DNA of 64,000 nt from a virus. Positions 38,449-47,828 of this stretch are shown piece by piece (the first letter of the stretch is position 1; the number at the start of each line of letters is the position of its first letter). The position numbers and the translations under genes are program-made. The notes beneath the pieces are model-generated. The model was not told the DNA's origin and made no database searches. It saw only the letters and a program-made list of their open reading frames with translations. Location: positions 64,001 to 128,000 of the IMG/VR virus record IMGVR_UViG_3300033148_006706. One strand, written 5' to 3'.

Positions 38449-39243
38449 CTACTGGCTTAAAATTATTTCGCTTGTAGATGTGAGATAATCGATTGGATTA
38501 ACAAGTTTCCCGTTTTTCCTAATTTCGTAATGAAGATGAATCCCATACGATTTTCCCGTATTTCCCATTAACCCAATTACTTGACCTCGTTTTACCTTTT
38601 GGCCTTCTCTTACATAAGTTCTACTCATGTGTGCATATAAAGTAGTATATCCGCCATTATGTTTAATCTTTACCATCTTTCCATATACAGGGTGCCAAAT
38701 CCAAACATCTGTAACTATTCCATCAGCGGTAGCTATTATCTTAGTCCTATCACTTGCAGTTATATCTATACCTTTATGAAAAAAGATCTCTTTTGTGAAA
38801 GGATAAATCCTATTACCAAATCCCGATGTAATTCTAACCTCCGGACTATAACATACAGGAAACACATTGGGAATATTATGAGTATACTCTTTCCTTTTAT
38901 CAAAGAAATTTTGAACATTATTTAAGAAGCTATCAAAGCTTCCTGTTCCATTTTTAATTGCTGTCACTAAATTTTCTATAGAGGTATTTTGTACAGTATT
39001 ATCAATACCGCCAATATTTATATATTGTTCCTTATTATAAAGAGAAACTACAATATCTTTAAGCGTTTCTCTATACTTAATTTGATTACTCTCCAAGTTG
39101 TTTATTTTCTTTTCTTTTTTCTCAAGTTCCTGTTTATATGCGGTTTCTTCTTTTCTTAATTTATTTTGATACCAAATATTTAAATCGATAATAAAAAATA
39201 TAAAAAAAAGAAAAAGAAATCTCCAAAATAATTTTTCATTCAT
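38449..39243 (-). CDS. Membrane-anchored M23 peptidase
   Basis: N-terminal TM + coiled coil; ITSGFG, HKGID, YAH, HLHYE. Confidence 0.9.
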   Translation of the reverse strand: MNEKLFWRFLFLFFIFFIIDLNIWYQNKLRKEETAYKQELEKKEKKINNLESNQIKYRETLKDIVVSLYNKEQYINIGGIDNTVQNTSIENLVTAIKNGTGSFDSFLNNVQNFFDKRKEYTHNIPNVFPVCYSPEVRITSGFGNRIYPFTKEIFFHKGIDITASDRTKIIATADGIVTDVWIWHPVYGKMVKIKHNGGYTTLYAHMSRTYVREGQKVKRGQVIGLMGNTGKSYGIHLHYEIRKNGKLVNPIDYLTSTSEIILSQ

Positions 39244-39256
39244 TTTAAAACCTCTC

Positions 39257-39700
39257 CTACAGGCGATTTAAAACTTTCACAACCTTTACAAAGTATCTGT
39301 TTCCTTGATGTACTTTGTAATTATTAGTAACTGCTTTAGGACCAATATTATAAGCCATAATGGCTTTTTCCCATGAATTAAAGTAAGTATATAGCCACTT
39401 AAGATATTTTAAACCCACCTCTATATTATGATAAGGGTTCCAGGGATTAAATTTCTTTTCTCTATTCCAGAATTTCTTTTCAAAATAACTTATATAAACA
39501 GGATTTAGTTGAAAGATACCGATATCCCCGGATACCCCTCTGATATTCCGCCAACCTGATTCTACTTCAATTATTGCAATTGCTATATCAGAGGGGATAT
39601 CATATTCTTTACATTTATCTATTGTAAAGTCTTTTAAAGGGGAACTAAAAGAATATAAATGAGTAAAAAAGTACAATAATATAACTACAAAATTCTTCAT
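39257..39700 (-). CDS. Lytic transglycosylase (SLT domain)
   Basis: AIIEVES, GIFQLN, NIEVG, MAYNIG; N-terminal signal. Confidence 0.9.
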   Translation of the reverse strand: MKNFVVILLYFFTHLYSFSSPLKDFTIDKCKEYDIPSDIAIAIIEVESGWRNIRGVSGDIGIFQLNPVYISYFEKKFWNREKKFNPWNPYHNIEVGLKYLKWLYTYFNSWEKAIMAYNIGPKAVTNNYKVHQGNRYFVKVVKVLNRL

Positions 39701-39709
39701 TTTCCTATA

Positions 39710-40486
39710 TCACATATAAGCATGGTATGCTATCTTCTTATATAAATCCTCACTACATATTTCACAAAATCCAACATCTTTGATGAGGAACTTAGAAAGA
39801 TCTCTAACAAATTTTTTGTCTTTGATACTCATATACCAGTTAACATAAGAAACAGGTTTTTCTTTTTTATTAGAGAATTCGTTTCGATATTTATCATATT
39901 TAGAAATTGTTGATTGAGATAATCTCATCTTTATAAAAGTTTCATACTTCTTATATTTCTTATTATTGTGAAAAAATTGCAATAATAGATTATTTACAAT
40001 CTTTCTTTTATCGTATTCGATCTTTTTATATGTCGCTAGATGATTATCAATGTAATCTTCAAAATTTAAATTATTTTCCTCATCGATCACAGAATCTTTA
40101 TTTAGACACGATAATCTTAACTTTCTATATATTCCCTGTTCATAATCTAATTTTACAAATGAATGGTTTTTCATCTCTGTTTTGAAAAACTTCTTAGCCT
40201 CATTCATTAACTTCATTTTAAAGATATTTGTTATATCAAAATTATCATCTATTTTATTAACATCAATATATTTAACAACTTCATTTAATATAAGATAAGC
40301 TTCCATTTTAAAATCTTGGAAATCGTCATAATTTTTTGTCCATTTCAGTAATTTCCCGCTTACCTTATTAACTAAAGGTTGATACTTTTGCCATAGCTTT
40401 TCCATATTATATTTGACATTCTTATTATTCTTAATTTCTTTTATTAATTGTTTATCGCTTTTAATTTCTTCTTTTATCTTTCTCAT
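39710..40486 (-). CDS. Sigma-factor-like protein (region 2)
   Basis: EKLWQKYQPLV...DDFQDFKMEAYLIL pattern. Confidence 0.55.
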   Translation of the reverse strand: MRKIKEEIKSDKQLIKEIKNNKNVKYNMEKLWQKYQPLVNKVSGKLLKWTKNYDDFQDFKMEAYLILNEVVKYIDVNKIDDNFDITNIFKMKLMNEAKKFFKTEMKNHSFVKLDYEQGIYRKLRLSCLNKDSVIDEENNLNFEDYIDNHLATYKKIEYDKRKIVNNLLLQFFHNNKKYKKYETFIKMRLSQSTISKYDKYRNEFSNKKEKPVSYVNWYMSIKDKKFVRDLSKFLIKDVGFCEICSEDLYKKIAYHAYM

Positions 40487-40553
40487 TTTCTTCTCCTTAA
40501 AATTATATTAGTCATAAGTTATAAGCTCCTAAAAAAATGATTTGCATAACTTT

Positions 40554-40775
40554 TCATGAAATACCCCCTATTATCGAGGGATATTCCCCTTCTATATATG
40601 TATTTGTCAAAGTAGAATTATCAGAAAACTGTTGCCTTACTCCGACAAACAATTTGCCTTTTGGAGTTTTACCTCTAAAGGTTATTTCAATAACTTCTTT
40701 CATTTGGCCAAAACAATTGGGAAGTATATCCCCAATTGTTATATTTTCAATGTCTTCTTTAGAAAACCTTTTCAT
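40554..40775 (-). CDS. Hypothetical protein
   Basis: AGGAGG RBS. Confidence 0.55.
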   Translation of the reverse strand: MKRFSKEDIENITIGDILPNCFGQMKEVIEITFRGKTPKGKLFVGVRQQFSDNSTLTNTYIEGEYPSIIGGIS

Positions 40776-40796
40776 ATTATCCTCCTTGTAATCAAT

Positions 40797-41366
40797 TTAT
40801 TCTAACAGTTTAATTTCTTTTTTAATTTCCTTCTCTAACAAAAGAGAAGTATCTTTAGTGTTTACTGTAGTTTGACGTCCTCCGGTAATTTCTGCAAGCT
40901 TTTTCATAAACTCTTCTCCTTTATCTCCACCAGGGCCAATATAAATAATATTGACTGGCGTTGCAAGTTTAAGCGCTTCTTCTATTGCTTGAGATTCAGA
41001 ATCGGGTAAGCCATCGCTAATAACAATTATTGTTTGTCTTTTACTCCGCGGCAATGTCGTACATAAACGGAAAGCTTCTGCCATATTTGTTTCTCCTGCT
41101 GGAAATGTTTCAATTCCTAGACAAGCGCTTTCTGAAAATGAAATATATGATGCCCTTGGATAGTCTTGAATTGCTTCCATTAAAGCATCAAACTTGGATT
41201 TACCCTTCACATATTCTGACATCGATCCAGAGCAATCAAGCAATAAAGTTAAACTTGATTGCGCTTCAATTCTTTTCTTTTCTTTTTTTATGTCAGCTAA
41301 ACCTTTTTTTAAGCTATCTGACAATGATAGCATTGAATCTTTTTTAAAAACTAAAGCTTTTTTCAT
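40797..41366 (-). CDS. von Willebrand factor A domain protein
   Basis: MIDAS DCSGSM, T (GETNM), SDG. Confidence 0.85.
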   Translation of the reverse strand: MKKALVFKKDSMLSLSDSLKKGLADIKKEKKRIEAQSSLTLLLDCSGSMSEYVKGKSKFDALMEAIQDYPRASYISFSESACLGIETFPAGETNMAEAFRLCTTLPRSKRQTIIVISDGLPDSESQAIEEALKLATPVNIIYIGPGGDKGEEFMKKLAEITGGRQTTVNTKDTSLLLEKEIKKEIKLLE

Positions 41367-41977
41367 ATTTCTACCCTCTCTTCTATTTCATTTAATATTT
41401 TATTGCATAATACAAAGAGCCGATCAATACAAGCCTCTAATTCTCCCTCGCTGTCAGTACTCTCAGCTCTCGCTATTATGCTTGAAATTTTTTCAAATTG
41501 CCTCTCAGCTTTTTCAATAAATTCATCATCAATTAGGTCTTGAAAATAACAATGTTTAACAAGCGTGAGAAGATTAATAGGAATATATTCAATGTCTTTC
41601 TTTTTTATTGAGTATTTGGCTTTCGCTATTACAGCAGGCAATGGCCTAATTATTTCAAAGTTTTCATGCATAAAAACTCTATGAGTCCCCGTATGAGAAA
41701 GCCATTTATTCTTTTTATCTACAATACAAAAGGCTGGAGGCGGCCTATCATTCCTTTTTTGAAGAGGATAAAATCTAAAAGATCTTCTTCCTCTTGAATT
41801 TAAACTGCACACGATAAAGACCCTTCTGGTATAAAATTCCTTTAAATTTGGAGTCCATACCATCGGATCTGATTCATGATTCGGAACAATTTTAGTACAT
41901 GCGGTTGCCACGAACTTAGACGGATTCTCTTTATCAAATGTAAACATGAAACCGTCTCCATTTTGCACTTTTCCCAC
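41363..41977 (-). CDS. Hypothetical protein
   Basis: Coupled to the vWA gene; start uncertain. Confidence 0.5.
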   Translation of the reverse strand: MGKVQNGDGFMFTFDKENPSKFVATACTKIVPNHESDPMVWTPNLKEFYTRRVFIVCSLNSRGRRSFRFYPLQKRNDRPPPAFCIVDKKNKWLSHTGTHRVFMHENFEIIRPLPAVIAKAKYSIKKKDIEYIPINLLTLVKHCYFQDLIDDEFIEKAERQFEKISSIIARAESTDSEGELEACIDRLFVLCNKILNEIEERVEI

Positions 41978-42209
41978 GAGGCAGGCCTTTCTGTGGCCTC
42001 CAAAATCCTTCTGCTCGTGCTAATCGATACATGTATCGATCAACTGCTCGAGCCAGATCAACTGATTTTTCAGTAACTTCACAACAAGCTAAACTTACTT
42101 GTTGCCTAAAATCTTGAGGCATTTCTTCTTCTAACCACCGCCATCGTCGATAAGCGATGGCAAGAGCATAGGGAAAATGTGGACGAGGGTCATTGTATAT
42201 CTTCTTCAT
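41934..42209 (-). CDS. Hypothetical protein
   Basis: AGGAGG RBS. Confidence 0.55.
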   Translation of the reverse strand: MKKIYNDPRPHFPYALAIAYRRWRWLEEEMPQDFRQQVSLACCEVTEKSVDLARAVDRYMYRLARAEGFWRPQKGLPRGKSAKWRRFHVYI

Positions 42210-42246
42210 TTTATTTTCCTCCTTAACATCATTTAATTTTTAGGAA

Positions 42247-42552
42247 TTAAATTCCAGATAGCTTTCTTTTTATTTTCAAATGCGATTCATACAGACAGCG
42301 AATCTTTCCTTGATTGTCAATTCTAAGCAAAGCTTCACCAAGCGTATTTTCAGTACCAAAAGTCTCTCTTATTCCATTACATTCTTTGTAAATTCTCCAG
42401 AAGAATTTGGTTTTATAACCATCCCAGTTACCTGATCGGGAAATGATTCTAGATTCTTTAATGATTTCATATCCACGGAAGTACCATTTCCCGTTTTTTC
42501 TTTTAGCTTCTTTTTTTAATTCCTTGATTTTAGTCTTATCATTGTCATTCAT
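42247..42552 (-). CDS. Hypothetical early protein
   Basis: AAGGAG RBS. Confidence 0.55.
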   Translation of the reverse strand: MNDNDKTKIKELKKEAKRKNGKWYFRGYEIIKESRIISRSGNWDGYKTKFFWRIYKECNGIRETFGTENTLGEALLRIDNQGKIRCLYESHLKIKRKLSGI

Positions 42553-42596
42553 TTTTCTCTCCTTTACATTTTAAATTCATTAGTTATAATACTACA

Positions 42597-42664
42597 TTCT
42601 GCTTACAATGTAAATATATAACTGCACCTGGAAATTAAACTGGGGCTAGCCACCAGGATAGCTA
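42597..42664 (-). repeat. Degenerate tRNA-like element + hairpin
   Basis: TAGCTAT-CCTGGTGGCTAG-CCCCAG-TTTAATT-TCCAGGT-GCAGTTA then TTACATTGTAAGCAGAA. Confidence 0.55.
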
Positions 42665-42666
42665 TT

Positions 42667-42945
42667 CTATAAAATAACTACATCAGCATCGACGGGCTCA
42701 TATAAAACCACATGCCCGCTGGCTTCTTCAATACTCTTGACAGAAGCTCCCGCCCAGCCAAACGGGCCTCCGACTCCGAAAGGGTCAATTTTAATAGCAT
42801 TGAAAAAATCAACGCTATCCATGCCTTCCCAAACCTTGTTGTCATCAACAAAGAAAACTGCGTAAACATCTTCGCCCTTGTCGACGACTTGATCTTTTAT
42901 TACTGTGTCATACTGCACAGTAAATTTCACTGCTACCTTTTTCAT
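42667..42945 (-). CDS. Hypothetical early protein
   Basis: Start reassigned to MKKVAVKF after AAGGAG. Confidence 0.6.
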   Translation of the reverse strand: MKKVAVKFTVQYDTVIKDQVVDKGEDVYAVFFVDDNKVWEGMDSVDFFNAIKIDPFGVGGPFGWAGASVKSIEEASGHVVLYEPVDADVVIL

Positions 42946-42965
42946 TTTTTCTCTCCTTATCATAA

Positions 42966-43037
42966 TATTCTGCTTACAACATAAGCATATAACCATGCCC
43001 AGGAATTGAACCCGAGCCTTATACCACTAGAATGAAT
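42966..43037 (-). repeat. tRNA-like element + hairpin
   Basis: CTAGTGGTATAAG-GCTCGGG-TTCAATT-CCTGGGC-ATGG then GCTTATGTTGTAAGC. Confidence 0.65.
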
Positions 43038-43051
43038 AATTGGAATTATAA

Positions 43052-43357
43052 TTATTTATGATAAAATCTTGCTTTTATTCTCCCACTCTTAGTTGTGTAC
43101 AATTCAATAGCATTCTCCCACTCTACACTTGAAGGGGGGTCACCATAGATAACAACCTCTCTTCTTTCACTGTCATCTACCCACTTATAAAAAGTTTCCT
43201 CCTCTATCCAAGAGTGATCCGAAAATATTACTTTTGCGTAATCCCTAAATACTTGATAATCTATCTCTCCATCCGTATAGAAGCACATCGCTACATCTAT
43301 ACCCTGCTCATAAATAAGGTAATCGGGAAGGTCGCTTATCCTAATAATATCTCCCAT
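43052..43357 (-). CDS. Hypothetical early protein
   Basis: AAGGAG RBS. Confidence 0.55.
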   Translation of the reverse strand: MGDIIRISDLPDYLIYEQGIDVAMCFYTDGEIDYQVFRDYAKVIFSDHSWIEEETFYKWVDDSERREVVIYGDPPSSVEWENAIELYTTKSGRIKARFYHK

Positions 43358-43401
43358 CCTTATCTCCTTTACGTTTTAGACCCGCCGGTCATAATATTAT
43401 A

Positions 43402-43450
43402 TTTCGCTTACAACGTAAGCTTACAATTGTACCCAGGAATTGAACCAGGG
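43402..43450 (-). repeat. 5'-truncated tRNA-like element + hairpin
   Basis: CCCTGG-TTCAATT-CCTGGG then GCTTACGTTGTAAGC. Confidence 0.65.
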
Positions 43451-43452
43451 AA

Positions 43453-44022
43453 TTATTCATAATAATTAAAAAGAACAGGCATTATAAAAGCCATATACCG
43501 GAATTTATTATACTGCTGCGATGATACAAGAATCAAAGGATTAAAAGGTTCCGCAGGTATTTGTACTTCCAGAAAATAACCGGAAGGAATATTCTTTAAA
43601 TAGTCACGTAAATGATCGTATTCGATAGTCCAAGTTTCTTTTGTGTTCCAGTTTTTGGACATTTTAATGATTATGTCCGTGTATATGAGCGGTATCGAGC
43701 TAACAGGATATTGAACTAAATATTGAGTTTGTAATTTATATTTCTGCATCACCCGCTTGTGATCTGGGAAATTAATATTATCAGATTGAATCAGATATTT
43801 ATTTTTTAGATCAATATAATAAATTCCTTCGGGCAAAATTATATCCTCGTCTGTAGTTTCAACAATATACATTCTCTTAGTATCGGTACTTACAAGAGAA
43901 TAACCTGTTGAGAGGATATGACCGAAAAACGGCAACCGAGTGCCTTTCCCGGCAGCTACCTTCAAGTATTTTATCAGCGGTTTTAAATCTTGATGAATAA
44001 AAATCTGATCTTTTTCTTTCAT
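43453..44022 (-). CDS. Partial beta-clamp-like protein
   Basis: STDTKRM ~ ATDGHRL, INFPDHKRV ~ GxFPDYxRV, C-terminal FIMPV ~ xxMPxR; only 189 aa. Confidence 0.5.
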   Translation of the reverse strand: MKEKDQIFIHQDLKPLIKYLKVAAGKGTRLPFFGHILSTGYSLVSTDTKRMYIVETTDEDIILPEGIYYIDLKNKYLIQSDNINFPDHKRVMQKYKLQTQYLVQYPVSSIPLIYTDIIIKMSKNWNTKETWTIEYDHLRDYLKNIPSGYFLEVQIPAEPFNPLILVSSQQYNKFRYMAFIMPVLFNYYE

Positions 44023-44043
44023 TTTGTTATCCTCCGTTTTATT

Positions 44044-44481
44044 CTATCTATCAAATTTAAAATAAACTCTCGGTTCAATCTCCCCAGGACGTCCAACGTC
44101 AAACCCGATGGGCATGATCGGTTCTAATTCATAAGCTCCTAGAAAGCCCTCGAGAAGATTCTCTTGATCGATTTGATCAAGAGTAAGAAAGATTGCCTCT
44201 TCAGCTGGAGATAGGGAAGCGCCAACATTACCTAAGAACCAGAGTTGACCGAAATTGAGATTTTTAACCTCAACTTCAACTCTGTACCATGGGTCATCAG
44301 CAAGAATGATCCATTTTGGAAAACTCTGCCCCCGCAAGGCTTTCCTAAGATCATTTACAGATGGGAATTTATACTTCCCGTTTGTATTGATCGTTAGAGA
44401 TAGAGAGCGAGGGGCTGGAGCTCCTTCTTTCTTTACTCCATCCCAAGAGAATCCAGGGCGGATTGAAAAAGAATATTTCAT
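44044..44481 (-). CDS. Hypothetical early protein (paralog of 45116..45580)
   Basis: SFSIRPGFSWDGVKKEG...DVGRPGEIEPRVYFKF. Confidence 0.6.
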   Translation of the reverse strand: MKYSFSIRPGFSWDGVKKEGAPAPRSLSLTINTNGKYKFPSVNDLRKALRGQSFPKWIILADDPWYRVEVEVKNLNFGQLWFLGNVGASLSPAEEAIFLTLDQIDQENLLEGFLGAYELEPIMPIGFDVGRPGEIEPRVYFKFDR

Positions 44482-44511
44482 TTCTCTCATTTCTCCTTTC
44501 ATTATAATATA

Positions 44512-44578
44512 TTCTGCTTACAACGTAAGCTTACAGCCGTGCCCAGGAATCGAACCTGGGCTAACCACCAGGACGGCT
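44512..44578 (-). ncRNA. Anticodon-less tRNA-like element (acceptor + T-arm + GG linker) followed by hairpin
   Basis: AGCCGT-CCTGGTGGTTA-GCCCAGG-TTCGATT-CCTGGGC-ACGGCT then GCTTAC-GTT-GTAAGC. Confidence 0.7.
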
Positions 44579-44590
44579 AATTCCAATTTG

Positions 44591-44821
44591 TTAGTACTGC
44601 AATTTTTCCAAAAGCCACACATACCCATCCCATTCATAGCGAATAGGATGAACGATAAACCCGTCTTCTCTCGTATGGTTGCGAAGATATCTTTCTACAG
44701 CTCCAGGGCTTCTCTTTATAATTCTGTATGGATGATCTTCCTGCTGCTGCAGAAACCACATGAGATCAATGATCTCATCCTTCTTTCCGTTCTCCCAAAT
44801 TTTTACCACGTCATTTCTCAT
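44591..44821 (-). CDS. Hypothetical early protein
   Basis: GGAGAGG RBS. Confidence 0.55.
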   Translation of the reverse strand: MRNDVVKIWENGKKDEIIDLMWFLQQQEDHPYRIIKRSPGAVERYLRNHTREDGFIVHPIRYEWDGYVWLLEKLQY

Positions 44822-44838
44822 TTCTTCACCTCTCCATT

Positions 44839-45015
44839 TTAATAATCTTCTCCAGGTTCTCTTCTTAGAACCTTTTGAAGTCTAATTTTATATGCTCGAG
44901 GACTTAGAACTTCTAAGTCCTCATAATTTTTGACGAAATCAAAGCACTTTTCCATATTCCCCTCAAAGAGGACATCTGCCCTTTTGAAGGAAACCACAAC
45001 CCACTTTTTCTCCAT
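44839..45015 (-). CDS. Small hypothetical protein (58 aa, below ORF-track cutoff)
   Basis: AAGGAG RBS, MEKKWVVVSFKRADVLFEG...EDY*. Confidence 0.55.
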   Translation of the reverse strand: MEKKWVVVSFKRADVLFEGNMEKCFDFVKNYEDLEVLSPRAYKIRLQKVLRREPGEDY

Positions 45016-45115
45016 CTTTCTCTCCTTTCTTTTTCATAATCTTCTACTTGCCATACGGCGAGCTATATTCCTATAAATATATCACTTAGCGAACTTTTGG
45101 CCCCAGCTTCCCCCT

Positions 45116-45580
45116 CTAAAATTTTAGAAAAAGTGCAGGCTCGGGCCCACCGGGACGCCCCAAATCCAAGCTTACAGGTCGGATATGTATCCCACCGTGA
45201 ATGTCCAAGAACTTGTCGAGAAGATTCATTCGGCTCCCATCATCGGATGTGACATATTCTTGGTTAGCCTGATTCATAACTGAGAGAATTTCTCTCTCGG
45301 CTAAATTGAGAGTTGCTCCAACTTGGCCAAGAAAGAACAATTGATCAAATGTCATATCCCTGATATCACATTTGACTTCGATTCTCACATCTGGGCCATC
45401 ATTAACAATAGTCCAGATAAAGCCATGCCCGTCCAGGGCTTCCCTCATATCTCTTACTGACGAGAAACTCCGCTCTCCGTCAGTGAGAATTATTAAAGTC
45501 ATTGAGTGCGGGTCTGGCACTCCATGCTTTTTTGCCCCATCCCAGAAGAATCTAGGGCGAATTCTAAAAGACCGCTTCAT
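45116..45580 (-). CDS. Hypothetical early protein (paralog of 44044..44481)
   Basis: SFRIRPRFFWDGAKKHG...DLGRPGGPEPALFLKF. Confidence 0.6.
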   Translation of the reverse strand: MKRSFRIRPRFFWDGAKKHGVPDPHSMTLIILTDGERSFSSVRDMREALDGHGFIWTIVNDGPDVRIEVKCDIRDMTFDQLFFLGQVGATLNLAEREILSVMNQANQEYVTSDDGSRMNLLDKFLDIHGGIHIRPVSLDLGRPGGPEPALFLKF

Positions 45581-45798
45581 TTTCTTCCTCCTTTAATAAT
45601 ATTATTAGTCTCCTTTAACAGAGACTCTTCACTATAATGCCCCCCGCAATATAGACAATATAAGTAATCTCCATACCCATATATCTTTATATCAGATAAA
45701 GATATGGGATCGCCAACATTAAGCGCTTCAATTGCACATTTAACATGATAGCGCAAAGGATTCGCTATCACTTCATTATACATAGTACTATTTTTCAT
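45577..45798 (-). CDS. Small zinc-binding-like protein (paralog of 46280..46504)
   Basis: PLRYHVKC...YCLYCGG. Confidence 0.6.
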   Translation of the reverse strand: MKNSTMYNEVIANPLRYHVKCAIEALNVGDPISLSDIKIYGYGDYLYCLYCGGHYSEESLLKETNNIIKGGRK

Positions 45799-45820
45799 TT
45801 TCTTTCTCCATTTAATGATT

Positions 45821-45890
45821 TTCTACTTGCCATACGGCAAGTTACAGCCGTGTCCGGGAATCGAACCCGGGCCTAACCACCAGGACGGCA
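45821..45890 (-). ncRNA. Anticodon-less tRNA-like element followed by hairpin
   Basis: GCCGT-CCTGGTGGTTAG-GCCCGGG-TTCGATT-CCCGGAC-ACGGC then ACTTGCC-GTAT-GGCAAGT. Confidence 0.7.
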
Positions 45891-45896
45891 ATCCCT

Positions 45897-46124
45897 CTAT
45901 TCCTCAAATTGCTCCCATCGGGAGCTATAAATATATGCTCCCGCGCAAGCGAGCATCTGCACGTGTTTATCACAAAACTCGCCGCCATCACCTTGACCCC
46001 ACCACACATGCCAGACGCCTTCAGCGTCTTCCGGATACTCGAGAATCCCTGCAGGGTTCTCTAGCCCGCAATACGGACAAGATTCAGCATCTCTTAAAAT
46101 TTCGTCAATTGTCTTCTTCTTCAT
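45897..46124 (-). CDS. Small CxxC protein
   Basis: CPYC...CDKH; AAGGAG RBS. Confidence 0.5.
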   Translation of the reverse strand: MKKKTIDEILRDAESCPYCGLENPAGILEYPEDAEGVWHVWWGQGDGGEFCDKHVQMLACAGAYIYSSRWEQFEE

Positions 46125-46287
46125 TTTCTTCTTCCTTTAGTCTGTCACAATAGACATTACCATTTTCATCTACTCCCGAGTTACATCCGCCACCAAATGG
46201 CGAACATGACAACCCGGACGACTTCCAAGTGTAATCATAATACGGGCAATCATCACCCGACATAATTTGAGACGGTTCTTTATTCAT
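46105..46287 (-). CDS. Small Cys-rich protein
   Basis: Coupled ORF. Confidence 0.45.
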   Translation of the reverse strand: MNKEPSQIMSGDDCPYYDYTWKSSGLSCSPFGGGCNSGVDENGNVYCDRLKEEENEEEDN

Positions 46288-46504
46288 TTTTCTCTCCTCT
46301 TATAATTTCATTGCTTTCCTTCATTAATGACTCTTCACTATATTGTCCTCCACAATACGGACAATATAATGAACCACCATACTTATATATCTTTATATTA
46401 GATAAAGATATATAATCATCAATGTCAAATGCTTCGATTAAACATTTGACGTGATAGCGCAAAGGATGCGCTACCGCTTCATTGTACATAGCATTGTTTC
46501 TCAT
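46280..46504 (-). CDS. Small zinc-binding-like protein (paralog of 45577..45798)
   Basis: PLRYHVKC...YCPYCGG. Confidence 0.6.
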   Translation of the reverse strand: MRNNAMYNEAVAHPLRYHVKCLIEAFDIDDYISLSNIKIYKYGGSLYCPYCGGQYSEESLMKESNEIIRGEKNE

Positions 46505-46528
46505 TTTCTCTCTCCATATAAAATTTTA

Positions 46529-46726
46529 TTAGCTTGTCCGCCATCCACAATTAAGACAGCGAACAAGGGGATCATCCCCCTCCAATCCGGTTACCTGAAG
46601 CTCCTGCTCTCCGCATTTAGGGCAGGGCTCAATCGGATACCCGGAACTCATTCCAAGTACCCATTCCACACCAACAAGGTTAAAAACCTTGCCGGATATT
46701 TTAATGGTTTTTTCTATTTTCTCCAT
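46529..46726 (-). CDS. Zinc-ribbon protein
   Basis: CPKCG...CLNCGW. Confidence 0.55.
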   Translation of the reverse strand: MEKIEKTIKISGKVFNLVGVEWVLGMSSGYPIEPCPKCGEQELQVTGLEGDDPLVRCLNCGWRTS

Positions 46727-47828
46727 TCTCTCCCTCCTCTAGCTTTTTTATAATTACTTCCATACTATCAGTCTGGAAGTAATTACTAAGACGGCTTAAC
46801 ATCATGTCAACTGTGCCGTCTTCTTTATCTGGAAAAAGCTCAATGCTTTTTTCCAGTTTCCTTTGTTCTTTGAATAGGCTATTAACCCGTTCTCTTAGTT
46901 GCTCAATTTTAGCGCTGTATTTTTTTACTTTCCTTTCAGCGCTCTTTTGAGCAATTATTTTTTCATTGAGTATCCCCCTATATTTCTCAGTCACATCTTT
47001 TTCTCTTTCATAAGACGTAACTTCCTTTTCCCCCCAACAGCCGCCCCTCATACCATCGGGGGATTCCTCAATATAATGACTTTCAACTCTCTGAACAGGG
47101 TACACCGTATATACCCGCTGTTCATCAAGGTCAATCTCAATAAGTTTAGAACTAAGAATTCCTTTTATTCCCTCTCCTTCGGATATTTTTCCACGTATCC
47201 GAGTTTCGAGCTCAATTCTCTCAGCTTGGCGCTTAGCTTCGCCGAGAGAAGATAGAGCCCCTTTCATTCTAGTAATCTTTTTTTGAATTTTTTTAATTTT
47301 GGGGAGTATCTCTTTTTTCAGGTGGGTGACTTTTTTAAATCGGGGCAGTAAAACTTTACGCCCCCAAGCCAGGGCTTCTTGGTGCCGTTTTCTTAAATCG
47401 GCTTCCCTGGCTTCTTTTTCAGCTATTTTATACAAGCGATAGGCTTCTCCCATCGCTTGCCATTCTTCTTTTTTTAAATATTTCTCAATTCCTGACTCCC
47501 AACTGCCATCTTCGTTCGGGTAGAAGACAGCAATCCTCTCCTCTCTATCGTCAGGGAAAACCTTAACGACAGAGACTCTGGGAGTCCATGTCCTCAGGCT
47601 GACTTTAGTGGGAACTTGCCAATCCCACTTTCTAATTTCAACCCGAGGCTCTGCTTTTCGGAGCGGTGTGGCGATAAAAAACCGCTCCTTTTCAACCAAT
47701 CTACATTCCCACCACTCGCCAATGGTGGGCTGAAAACAAGAACGGCGATCTATCAAAATCACCTTCCCGTTTTCGTTTTTTCCAAAGAACGGCCCTTTCG
47801 AGCCGTTCTTTACTTGGAGGAGTTTCAT
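46701..47828 (-). CDS. Hypothetical basic coiled-coil early protein
   Basis: 375-aa ORF. Confidence 0.6.
   Translation of the reverse strand: MKLLQVKNGSKGPFFGKNENGKVILIDRRSCFQPTIGEWWECRLVEKERFFIATPLRKAEPRVEIRKWDWQVPTKVSLRTWTPRVSVVKVFPDDREERIAVFYPNEDGSWESGIEKYLKKEEWQAMGEAYRLYKIAEKEAREADLRKRHQEALAWGRKVLLPRFKKVTHLKKEILPKIKKIQKKITRMKGALSSLGEAKRQAERIELETRIRGKISEGEGIKGILSSKLIEIDLDEQRVYTVYPVQRVESHYIEESPDGMRGGCWGEKEVTSYEREKDVTEKYRGILNEKIIAQKSAERKVKKYSAKIEQLRERVNSLFKEQRKLEKSIELFPDKEDGTVDMMLSRLSNYFQTDSMEVIIKKLEEGENGENRKNH

Noticed and set aside
44501-44530. Repeat tails as sigma70 promoters
   Set aside because: TATAAT occurs in only some copies, and the TTGTAA hexamer is 11 nt, not 17 nt, from it; not excluded, but unsupported
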